64,000 nt of DNA, from positions 27,171-91,170 of the forward strand of contig JAZBPW010000125.1 of assembly GCA_036351795.1 (NCBI GenBank), written 5' to 3'. The translations under genes and the position numbers were made by a program. Under the pieces are notes generated by a model. It was not told the origin of the DNA, did no database searches, and was given only the letters and a program-made list of their open reading frames with translations. The number at the start of each line of letters is the position of its first letter. Position 1 is the stretch's first letter. Shown here one piece after another: positions 41,792-49,664 of the stretch. The DNA is from Candidatus Zhuqueibacterota bacterium (GTDB taxonomy: Bacteria > Zhuqueibacterota > Zhuqueibacteria > Thermofontimicrobiales > Thiofontviventaceae).

Positions 41792-42466
41792 ATGGAAGGA
41801 ATCCAACTTTCTGTAAAGCAGACAGGAGCGAACAATGATATATCAATCATAAAAGTTGGTGGATATATAGATACAACGACATCTGCAGAGCTTGAGCACT
41901 CATTGGATACATTATTAAAATCGAACAATTACAATATTATTATTGACCTGGAAAACGTTGACTATATCAGCAGCGCCGGTTGGGGAATTTTCATAAGCGA
42001 ATTGAAGGGGATTCGCGACAGGGGAGGCGACCTAAAACTCGTTAAAATGATGCCGGATGTATACGAGGTCTTTGAGCTGCTCGAATTTCATTATATTCTT
42101 AAGGCATTTGATTCCATAGAAGATGCGATAGCTGACTTTGACAAGCGAAAAGTATTTGATGATTCAAGAGCATATGCGGACTCAGATGTGCCCATGCAAG
42201 GGACTGAGATACAGGAAAAGGTGGGGAGAGACTCTTCGGACCAGCCTCATGAATTACATGACAAGGCGATGTCCGTGGATGACAAAATCAGAAAGCTGGT
42301 CATGGAAAATCCGGAAATAAGCAGTATAACCATGTTCCAGAGGTTGAAGTCAGCCAGGTTCGGAAATCAGAAAATCGGGTACTTTCAATTGTTGAAAGTA
42401 TTGAAGAAGATGAATTTGAATTCCAAAAAGAAGAGAGTGGAATTTTTCAAAAAGCAGAACGCCTGA
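41792..42466 (+). CDS. STAS (anti-sigma-factor antagonist) protein with a C-terminal HTH-like extension
   Basis: GGYIDTTTS, IIIDLENVDYISSAGWG (phospho-acceptor Ser motif), GGDLKL, VYEVFELL; ~100 extra C-terminal residues. Confidence 0.9.
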   Translation: MEGIQLSVKQTGANNDISIIKVGGYIDTTTSAELEHSLDTLLKSNNYNIIIDLENVDYISSAGWGIFISELKGIRDRGGDLKLVKMMPDVYEVFELLEFHYILKAFDSIEDAIADFDKRKVFDDSRAYADSDVPMQGTEIQEKVGRDSSDQPHELHDKAMSVDDKIRKLVMENPEISSITMFQRLKSARFGNQKIGYFQLLKVLKKMNLNSKKKRVEFFKKQNA

Positions 42467-42496
42467 TAGAGGTATTTACATATACGTTATTCGAAA

Positions 42497-42528
42497 GGAG
42501 TCGGTTGTTTCAGCTGACTCCTTTTTTT
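42497..42528 (+). terminator. Rho-independent terminator ending the giant-protein operon
   Basis: GGAGTCGGTTG-TTT-CAGCTGACTCC (11-bp stem with two G-U pairs) followed by T7. Confidence 0.85.
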
Positions 42529-42583
42529 AATTCATTTACAAAATAAAATCCAAATAATGTGCAATTTGAGAAAAAATTGAATC

Positions 42584-43573
42584 ATGTTTATAGACTATGC
42601 AAAGATCACAGTGCGGGCAGGAAACGGGGGGAATGGATGCTTATCGTTCAGACGGGAAAAGTTTGTACCAAAAGGCGGGCCAGATGGCGGCGATGGGGGT
42701 GACGGCGGAAATGTCGTTTGCAAGGCTTCCCGGCATTTGCAAACGCTGTTAGATTTTCGATACCGCAGAGAATATAAGGCGAAAAATGGCCGCCATGGAC
42801 AGGGTGCCAATAAATTTGGCAAGCGTGGAGAGGATCTGGTTATCGAACTCCCCATGGGAACGGTTATAAAGGATGATATTACCGGGGAGCTGATCGGAGA
42901 CCTGGTGGACGATCAACAAACGATTGTGGTGGCAAGGGGAGGTAAAGGCGGGCGAGGCAATGCCAGGTTCGCCACATCGACAAATCAGGCGCCCCGGGAA
43001 TTCGAAGTTGGGTCCAAGGGAGAGTTTCGAACAATCCAGCTCGAACTGAAACTATTGGCAGATGTTGGTCTTGTTGGATTACCGAATGCAGGTAAATCAA
43101 CAATGCTGTCCGTTATTTCGGCGGCCCGCCCGAAAATCGCCGATTATCCTTTTACAACGCTTCAACCTAACCTGGGAATCGTAAAATATCGAGACCACAC
43201 CAGCTTTGTCGTTGCGGATATCCCGGGTCTGATCGAGGGCGCGCATCAAGGCAAGGGGCTCGGCATTCAGTTTATCCGGCATATAGAGCGAACACGTATC
43301 ATCGCGTATCTGATCGACTCGCAATCTGATGATATTATGGGTGATCATAAAATATTAAGAGAAGAGCTGGGAAAATACAATGAGAATTTATTGAAAAAAG
43401 CCTCTTGTGTTTTTCTGACAAAAATAGATACAATTTCCAGTGAGGAGCTGGGTAAAATGACGTCGAAAATACCAGGTTCTATAAAATGGGTGGCGATCTC
43501 ATCGGTGACCGGAGAAGGGATTGATGCTGCGGTATCTGTTTTGTGGGAACTATTGGAAGAGAGCGGGGATTGA
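42584..43573 (+). CDS. obgE: GTPase ObgE
   Basis: FRREKFVPKGGPDGGDGGDGG, GLPNAGKST, ADYPFTT, ADIPGLIEGA. Confidence 0.98.
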   Translation: MFIDYAKITVRAGNGGNGCLSFRREKFVPKGGPDGGDGGDGGNVVCKASRHLQTLLDFRYRREYKAKNGRHGQGANKFGKRGEDLVIELPMGTVIKDDITGELIGDLVDDQQTIVVARGGKGGRGNARFATSTNQAPREFEVGSKGEFRTIQLELKLLADVGLVGLPNAGKSTMLSVISAARPKIADYPFTTLQPNLGIVKYRDHTSFVVADIPGLIEGAHQGKGLGIQFIRHIERTRIIAYLIDSQSDDIMGDHKILREELGKYNENLLKKASCVFLTKIDTISSEELGKMTSKIPGSIKWVAISSVTGEGIDAAVSVLWELLEESGD

Positions 43574-44673
43574 TGTATATAGACATTCCGGATTTGATCA
43601 ATCTTACTGAGATCAATGGTCTCGGGCCTACACGAATTCGATCATTGATCGCAAAATTTCGCAGTGCATCACAGGTGTTTAAAGCGAGTAAAGACGCGTT
43701 GTGCCGTGTAGAGGGGATTGACGTAAAAATTGCAGAGAGCATTAAAACATATAGAAATTTTGATTTCGGAAAAAAGCAGGTGGATCGGATAGATGCTTAT
43801 GGGGGGCGGATATTCACCTTCTGGGACGAAGGGTATCCGTCGATTCTGAAAAGCATATACGACCCGCCGGTAATGCTCTATGTCAAAGGCAATTTTTCTG
43901 ATCAGGATAGATATGCGTTGGGAATTGTGGGAACTCGCCAGCCGACAAATTATGGCAAGCTGGTCACAGAGAAATTATCAAAGGCGCTGGTCAATTTAGG
44001 GATTACGGTCGTGAGCGGGCTCGCGCGGGGGGTCGATACCATCGCCCATTCTGTGGCGGTCAACGGAGGTGGACGCACACTGGCAGTCATTGGATCCGGC
44101 ATCGATGTGATTTATCCTGCTGAGAACAAAGCGCTTGTGGACATAATCATAGAGAATGGGGCCATCATTTCTGAATTTCCTCTGGGGTCATCTCCTGATG
44201 CAGGAAATTTTCCAAGGAGAAATCGCATTATCGCCGGGCTGACGCTCGGAACAGTGGTGACGGAAGCAGGGAAACGAAGCGGGGCCTTGATAACAACGAG
44301 TTTTGCCCTTGATTACAACAGAGAGGTTTTTGCTGTCCCGGGAAATGTAAACAGCAGCAAAAGCATAGGAACGAATGAGCTGATAAAGGCAGGGGCCAAG
44401 CTGGTGTGTGATGTGGATGATATCATTGCGGAAATATCGAGCAAGATCGCTCCATATCTGAATGGAAAACCTGCGGCAGATAGATCGTATGGTGATTTGA
44501 GTCAATTCGAAAAGGAAATACTGGCGATTCTGGAGGATGCTCCGGTGCATATTGATGTTATTTCAAGAAAGCTGGAAAGAAAAACAAATGAGATTCTGGC
44601 CTGTCTCCTCAAGCTTGAGTTCAATGATATCGTGAAACAGCTGCCCGGCAAACAATTCGCAAAGATGATGTGA
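43573..44673 (+). CDS. dprA: DNA-processing protein DprA
   Basis: ATG 43573 overlaps the obgE TGA; YPSILKSIYDPP, IVGTR, SGLARGVD, FPRRNRIIAGL, SGALIT, VFAVPG. Confidence 0.95.
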   Translation: MYIDIPDLINLTEINGLGPTRIRSLIAKFRSASQVFKASKDALCRVEGIDVKIAESIKTYRNFDFGKKQVDRIDAYGGRIFTFWDEGYPSILKSIYDPPVMLYVKGNFSDQDRYALGIVGTRQPTNYGKLVTEKLSKALVNLGITVVSGLARGVDTIAHSVAVNGGGRTLAVIGSGIDVIYPAENKALVDIIIENGAIISEFPLGSSPDAGNFPRRNRIIAGLTLGTVVTEAGKRSGALITTSFALDYNREVFAVPGNVNSSKSIGTNELIKAGAKLVCDVDDIIAEISSKIAPYLNGKPAADRSYGDLSQFEKEILAILEDAPVHIDVISRKLERKTNEILACLLKLEFNDIVKQLPGKQFAKMM

Positions 44674-44752
44674 GTGTTTATGTGCTCGGAGTATATGATA
44701 TATCGAGATCTGAAAATACCATTAACAAAGCCATCCTCAAAAAGGCCTGTCA

Positions 44753-45883
44753 ATGTCAACTGAGAAAAGCATTGTTGCGATCGCTGAGTGCGCCAGGTAT
44801 CATGATGAAGATGTCCGAACGGCTCTACAGAAGAACTTCAAAGCTGTGGGAGGCATTGAGCGTTTCATTCGACCATCTGACAGGGTCTTCATAAAACCAA
44901 ACCTGCTAACCACCAAAGGGCCTGAAAGTGCGGCCACGACGCACCCTTCAATCGTCCGTACTCTTGCGTTCATGGTCAAGGATATCGGAGCCAAAGCATT
45001 CATTGGCGACAGCCCGGCAGGGATTTCCAAGCCAATTCAACAGTACTGGAAAGCGACGGGCATGGCTGAGGTTGCTGAACAAACCGGAGCGCGACTGGTT
45101 CCCTTTGAAAATAAAGGTGTGATTGAGCGTATTGTTCTGGGTAGAAAATATTACATTGCCAAAGATGTGGCAGAGGCGGACATTGTCATTAATGTATGCA
45201 AAATGAAGACGCATGGATTGACGCTGTTTACCGGAGCAGTGAAGAATATGTTCGGCGTGATACCGGGTTTCAAAAAGGGTGAGTATCATATGATCGCCCC
45301 AAAAGTGGAAGACTTTTCAGAGATTCTGGTGGATGTTTATCAGGCCTCACAACCCGGATTAAACATAATGGATGCTGTCATTGCCATGGAAGGCAATGGA
45401 CCGTCATCAGGAATACCGAAACAGGTTGGATATATTGCCATGAGCACAGACGGTATTGCGCTTGATTCAGTAATGTCCTCGATTGCGGGATTCCAGAATG
45501 ATGAGATCCATACGACAAGGATTGCGACAGAAAGGGGGATTGGTGTCAGTTTACCGGGCAATGTAGTCGTGTCCGGGGTAGCGCTGGAGGAGATGAGGCA
45601 GAATTCATTTCAATTCCCATCAATTCGTATCCAGCAATTTTTACCCGGCTTCCTGACGAAGCTACTGGGGCACTTTATCTGGGTGCGACCGTATCCGAAT
45701 GGAAACAGGTGCCAGAAGTGTGGACTGTGTATTAGAAATTGTCCTGTACAAGCCATGAAAAGTGCGGATGGTTTTCCTGAAATCGATTATAGCCTATGTA
45801 TCAAATGCTTTTGCTGTGATGAGATCTGCCCTCACGATGCGATCGAACAGCGGGCCAGCTGGCTGGTGGAAAAATTCATGTAG
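44753..45883 (+). CDS. DUF362-domain protein with a C-terminal 2x[4Fe-4S] ferredoxin
   Basis: VFIKPNLL, TTHPSIV, KMKTHGLTLFTGAVKNMFG, MDAVIAMEGNGP; CQKCGLCIRNCP and CIKCFCCDEICP. Confidence 0.88.
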   Translation: MSTEKSIVAIAECARYHDEDVRTALQKNFKAVGGIERFIRPSDRVFIKPNLLTTKGPESAATTHPSIVRTLAFMVKDIGAKAFIGDSPAGISKPIQQYWKATGMAEVAEQTGARLVPFENKGVIERIVLGRKYYIAKDVAEADIVINVCKMKTHGLTLFTGAVKNMFGVIPGFKKGEYHMIAPKVEDFSEILVDVYQASQPGLNIMDAVIAMEGNGPSSGIPKQVGYIAMSTDGIALDSVMSSIAGFQNDEIHTTRIATERGIGVSLPGNVVVSGVALEEMRQNSFQFPSIRIQQFLPGFLTKLLGHFIWVRPYPNGNRCQKCGLCIRNCPVQAMKSADGFPEIDYSLCIKCFCCDEICPHDAIEQRASWLVEKFM

Positions 45884-46033
45884 ATATTGTTCTCATTAAC
45901 AATCTGGTACAGAGATATATATGTCATGCATTCGAATTCCTGATGTTGTACTTTCAGGGATCCTGCAGCATGTTGCACGATGTCTTGAGTGCTATTTTTA
46001 CATCCACCGAGTAAAGGACAGGCAAAAAAAATA

Positions 46034-46062
46034 TTGACTAAATCGTTAGAATTTTGTATATT
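46034..46062 (+). promoter_or_regulatory. sigma70 promoter for the tRNA-Ser pair
   Basis: TTGACT (46034-46039)-N17-TATATT (46057-46062), 9 nt before the tRNA. Confidence 0.7.
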
Positions 46063-46071
46063 ATTGGTTCT

Positions 46072-46155
46072 GGAGGGCTAGACCTAATTGGTAAGGCAGC
46101 GGTCTTGAAAACCGCCGGGCTTACGCCCTTGGGGGTTCGAGTCCCTCGCCCTCCG
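46072..46155 (+). tRNA. tRNA-Ser(TGA)
   Basis: GGAGGGC/GCCCTCC acceptor stem, anticodon loop CT-TGA-AA, long variable arm, GTTCGAGT; CCA not encoded. Confidence 0.95.
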
Positions 46156-46168
46156 CGGAAAGAGGTAT

Positions 46169-46257
46169 GGAGAGGTGCCGGAGCTGGCTGAACGGGGCGG
46201 CCTGCTAAGTCGTTGTAGGTCTTTGATCTACCGAGGGTTCGAATCCCTCCCTCTCCG
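46169..46257 (+). tRNA. tRNA-Ser(GCT)
   Basis: GGAGAGG/CCTCTCC acceptor stem, loop CT-GCT-AA, long variable arm, GTTCGAAT. Confidence 0.95.
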
Positions 46258-46305
46258 CTAAAATGATTATCATGACAATTGTATCACTCTTAAGCGACGC
46301 AAACT

Positions 46306-46653
46306 ATGGAATATGAGATACGCCGAATACAAGTTTGGTCGGTGGTAAAGATTGTATTTATCATCTTTTTCATCGTCGGTGCCGTCGTCGGAATATTTTA
46401 CGCCATGATGACGGCTGTCGTGAGTAATTTGTTCATGGAAATGTCTGGTGATGAGCTTGAATATGGACAACGTGTCGTGGGATTATTCAGTCCGTTTTTT
46501 ATGATACTGTTCTTTGCAATATTTTCGGCGACAGTCAATACTGTTCTAAGCGCATTTATTGTTCTGTTTTACAATGTTTTTGCACAGTTGGCCGGCGGTT
46601 TACGTGTCAATCTGAGCGTTCCGGGGGAGCTTGATGGGGCAGACCACGCGTGA
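46306..46653 (+). CDS. DUF3566-like small transmembrane protein
   Basis: EIRRIQVWSVVKI...two TM helices...FYNVFAQLAGGLRV. Confidence 0.7.
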   Translation: MEYEIRRIQVWSVVKIVFIIFFIVGAVVGIFYAMMTAVVSNLFMEMSGDELEYGQRVVGLFSPFFMILFFAIFSATVNTVLSAFIVLFYNVFAQLAGGLRVNLSVPGELDGADHA

Positions 46654-46671
46654 TGTGATGATTCATTCGGT

Positions 46672-48108
46672 ATGTCTATGAGTGTAGAAAAAAAAGACAT
46701 TCGCGTTCGATTTGCACCAAGTCCGACGGGTTTTCTTCATATCGGCGGAGCACGGACTGCGGTGTTCAATTGGTTGTACGCAAAATATCACGGTGGACAA
46801 TTTCTTCTGCGCATAGAGGATACCGATGCCGCGCGCTCTGACCAGAAGATGGTCGATGCAATTTTGAACGGATTGCAATGGCTTGGCATAGAGTGGGATG
46901 ATGTGCCAGTATATCAGTCTGGAAGGCTGGATTATTATCGAAATGTCTGCCAGACATTGATGAATGCAGGCAGGGCTTATAAATGCTTTTGCACTCATGA
47001 GAGACTGGCTGCGTCGAAATCTAATTATCGATATGATGGACATTGCAGAAACTTGTCGCCGACAGGGATCCGCGAACTTGAAAACTCGGGTACGCCCTAT
47101 GTCGTTCGGTTCAAAGTGACTGAAGGAAAGACGGTTTTCGATGATAAAGTGCACGGTTCTTTGACATTTGACAACAGTGAGATTGAAGATTTTGTCATTC
47201 TTCGATCAGATGGTATGCCCACTTACCACCTGGCTGTCGTTGCCGACGACAGGGATATGGGAATATCAACGGTCATTCGGGGAGACGATCATATATCAAA
47301 TACACCGAAGCAGGTGATGCTCTATGATGCCCTCGGATGGAAGGCGCCCGAGATGGCACATGTCCCGCTGATTCTGGGTGAGGACCGAAAGCGTCTGAGT
47401 AAACGGCACGGGGCCACGTCAGTTGACGAATACAGAAAGGCCGGTTATCAGCCTGAGGCTGTATTCAATTTTCTTGCACTGATGGGATGGTCACCGGGCG
47501 ATGACAGGGAGATACTCAGCAAAAAAGAGCTCGTCGATTGTTTCTCGCTAAATGGCGTGTCCAAAAGCAATGCTGTTTTTGATGAGAAGAAACTTCTTTG
47601 GCTGAATGGTGTTTATATCAGTAAAATGAAGGATTCGGATATTGTTGAAAGCATAATTCCGCTATTGCGTGATAGCGGCTTGATAGAACCGGCCCATGTC
47701 GATATCTCTTATGTGGAAAAGGTGGTCGCACTGCTGAAGCAGAAAATTCGGATGATCAACGATTTCGTTAACCTTGGATCTTATTTTTTCAGAGATCCTG
47801 AGGCGTTTGAGCCAAAGGCTGTTCAAAAGCATTGGAAAGACGCAAAACAGGCTGCCGGAAGGTTGCATGCGCTTTCAGGAGCATTGAAAAAGTTGAGTCG
47901 GTTCGATGAAGAATCCCTTGAAGATGCATTGAGGAGGCTGGCAGATGATATGGAAATTGGTGCTGGAAAATTGATTCATCCGGCAAGGTTGGCGCTCACC
48001 GGATACGGCGTTTCTCCAGGTATCTTCGAGTTGATGGAAGTACTTGGCAGAGAAAGGGTGTTGACAAGGCTGGATAAAGCAGTCGCCATATTGGAGCAGA
48101 AAGAATAG
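46672..48108 (+). CDS. gltX: Glutamate--tRNA ligase
   Basis: RVRFAPSPTGFLHIGG, LRIEDTD, VIRGDDH, LSKRHGA, SPGIFE. Confidence 0.97.
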   Translation: MSMSVEKKDIRVRFAPSPTGFLHIGGARTAVFNWLYAKYHGGQFLLRIEDTDAARSDQKMVDAILNGLQWLGIEWDDVPVYQSGRLDYYRNVCQTLMNAGRAYKCFCTHERLAASKSNYRYDGHCRNLSPTGIRELENSGTPYVVRFKVTEGKTVFDDKVHGSLTFDNSEIEDFVILRSDGMPTYHLAVVADDRDMGISTVIRGDDHISNTPKQVMLYDALGWKAPEMAHVPLILGEDRKRLSKRHGATSVDEYRKAGYQPEAVFNFLALMGWSPGDDREILSKKELVDCFSLNGVSKSNAVFDEKKLLWLNGVYISKMKDSDIVESIIPLLRDSGLIEPAHVDISYVEKVVALLKQKIRMINDFVNLGSYFFRDPEAFEPKAVQKHWKDAKQAAGRLHALSGALKKLSRFDEESLEDALRRLADDMEIGAGKLIHPARLALTGYGVSPGIFELMEVLGRERVLTRLDKAVAILEQKE

Positions 48109-48147
48109 TTGAACTCCCTCTTCGTAGAGAGGGGGGTAATAATAAAT

Positions 48148-48218
48148 TGGGGAGTCGTCCAGTGGCAGGACACACGGCTCTGGACCGTGGAACCGGGGTT
48201 CGAATCCCTGCTCCCCAG
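48148..48218 (+). tRNA. tRNA-Gln(CTG)
   Basis: TGGGGAG/CTCCCCA acceptor stem, CACGG-CTCTGGA-CCGTG anticodon arm. Confidence 0.95.
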
Positions 48219-48240
48219 CAAAGTGAGCGAATGTTATTGC

Positions 48241-48314
48241 GCGCCCGTAGCTCAATTGGATAGAGCATCTGACTTCGGATCAGAGGGTTGGGGGTTCGAT
48301 TCCCTCCGGGCGTA
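48241..48314 (+). tRNA. tRNA-Arg(TCG)
   Basis: GCGCCCG/CGGGCGT, TCTGA-CTTCGGA-TCAGA. Confidence 0.95.
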
Positions 48315-48334
48315 CGTTCTTGCAATAAAAATAT

Positions 48335-48407
48335 GGCGCGTTCGTCTAGTGGCCTAGGACGCCGGCCTCTCACGCCGGTAACACGGGTTCGATTCCCGTA
48401 CGCGCTA
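48335..48407 (+). tRNA. tRNA-Glu(CTC)
   Basis: GGCGCGT/ACGCGCT, CCGGC-CTCTCAC-GCCGG. Confidence 0.95.
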
Positions 48408-48471
48408 CAAGTAGATCGGTAAGCAATACTGATCAGGGTTTGACCGGACATGATGTCTGTAAAGACCAGTT

Positions 48472-48545
48472 GCGCCCGTAGCTCAATTGGATAGAGCGTC
48501 TGGCTACGGACCAGGAGGTTGGGGGTTCGATTCCCTCCGGGCGTA
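48472..48545 (+). tRNA. tRNA-Arg(ACG)
   Basis: GCGCCCG/CGGGCGT, anticodon loop CT-ACG-GA. Confidence 0.95.
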
Positions 48546-48577
48546 CACAAAGATGCTGCACGAATCGGATAACGGGT

Positions 48578-49036
48578 ATGTCGGAACACGAAAAATGGAT
48601 GTCACTGGCTTTTGCTGAAGCGGAAAAAGCCTACGAAAAGGGTGAAGTGCCGGTGGGTGCAGTCGTTGTTTCTGAAAACAGAATTATCGGTCGTGGACAT
48701 AATCTGATAGAGACATTGCAGGATCCGACGGCGCATGCAGAAATGCTGGCCATTACAGCCGCGGCAAATCATTTTGCCTCCTGGCGGCTGGAAGATACTG
48801 CTCTCTATGTCACTCTGGAACCCTGTCCCATGTGCGCGGGTGCAATACTCCTCGCGCGTATTGACAGTGTTTACTATGGTGCTCAAGATCCAAGACTTGG
48901 TGCCTGTGGAACAACACTTAATCTGTGTAATAATGCAGCGCTGGATCTGTCGGCGCCTGTAACAGGTGGCATACTCGAAGAAAAATGTCGGGCGATTTTA
49001 CAGGAATTTTTTACAAGAATTCGAAACAAAAATTAG
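48578..49036 (+). CDS. tadA: tRNA adenosine(34) deaminase TadA
   Basis: GEVPVGAV, DPTAHAE, TLEPCPMCAGA. Confidence 0.95.
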   Translation: MSEHEKWMSLAFAEAEKAYEKGEVPVGAVVVSENRIIGRGHNLIETLQDPTAHAEMLAITAAANHFASWRLEDTALYVTLEPCPMCAGAILLARIDSVYYGAQDPRLGACGTTLNLCNNAALDLSAPVTGGILEEKCRAILQEFFTRIRNKN

Positions 49037-49124
49037 GAGAGGTGCCGGAGCTGGCTTAACGGGGCGGTCTCGAAAACCGTTGTACCTTCGGGTACCGGGG
49101 GTTCGAATCCCTCCCTCTCCGCCA
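49036..49124 (+). tRNA. tRNA-Ser(CGA)
   Basis: GGAGAGG/CCTCTCC, loop CT-CGA-AA, long variable arm, encoded CCA; G1 is the last base of the tadA stop codon. Confidence 0.95.
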
Positions 49125-49132
49125 TAATATTT

Positions 49133-49227
49133 GGAGAGATGTCCGAGTTGGTCGAAGGAGCACGATTGGAAATCGTGTGAGGGGCCACAAGCTTCCTCCG
49201 AGGGTTCGAATCCCTCTCTCTCCGCCA
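49133..49227 (+). tRNA. tRNA-Ser(GGA)
   Basis: GGAGAGA/TCTCTCC, CACGA-TTGGAAA-TCGTG, long variable arm, encoded CCA. Confidence 0.95.
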
Positions 49228-49231
49228 CGAT

Positions 49232-49304
49232 GGGGCAGTAGCTCAGTTGGGAGAGCGCCAGAATCGCACTCTGGAGGTCGTGGGTTCAACTCCCATCTGC
49301 TCCA
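49232..49304 (+). tRNA. tRNA-Ala(CGC)
   Basis: GGGGCAG/CTGCTCC with the G3-U70 alanine identity pair; CCAGA-ATCGCAC-TCTGG. Confidence 0.92.
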
Positions 49305-49307
49305 CAA

Positions 49308-49578
49308 GCTGTGCTAGACGGGGAGCTAGCGGTGCCCTGTAACCTGCAATCCGCTATAGCAGGGTTGAATTCCCTTCCTGAGGTTAGCTCGTCGAATAAG
49401 AAATATCAGTAAGCGATGTTGATGGTTCAAGTCCTGCGCAATAGAATGCTGCCCAACCCCGTCAGGACCGGAAGGTAGCAGCGGTAAGTATGCAATTCTA
49501 TGTGCCGCGGGATTGCTTGACTGGAGTTGGCTGCTGATTTTCTCATTTGAAAAGAGAGATCGAAGTGGGGTGCACAGC
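49308..49578 (+). ncRNA. ffs: Large (Alu-domain-containing, Bacillus scRNA-type) signal recognition particle RNA
   Basis: Terminal pairing GCTGTGC/GCACAGC; Alu-like GCGGTGCCCTGTAACCTGCAATCCGC; S-domain GTCAGGACCGGAAGGTAGCAGC; ~271 nt; directly upstream of dnaX. Confidence 0.92.
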
Positions 49579-49664
49579 ATATATTTAAAAATGAAACCTA
49601 TCAATACGGGACTTAAGCAATCGTCCCGTATCTTGTATGGCGGCAGTATGCAGAAGGAGCTCTT

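Noticed and set aside
48061-48066. Perfect TTGACA at the end of gltX as a tRNA-cluster promoter
   Set aside because: No acceptable -10 element at 16-18 nt spacing.
48114-48135. Hairpin CTCCCTCT-TCGTAG-AGAGGGGG after gltX
   Set aside because: No following U tract, so not called a terminator; at most a processing or stability stem.
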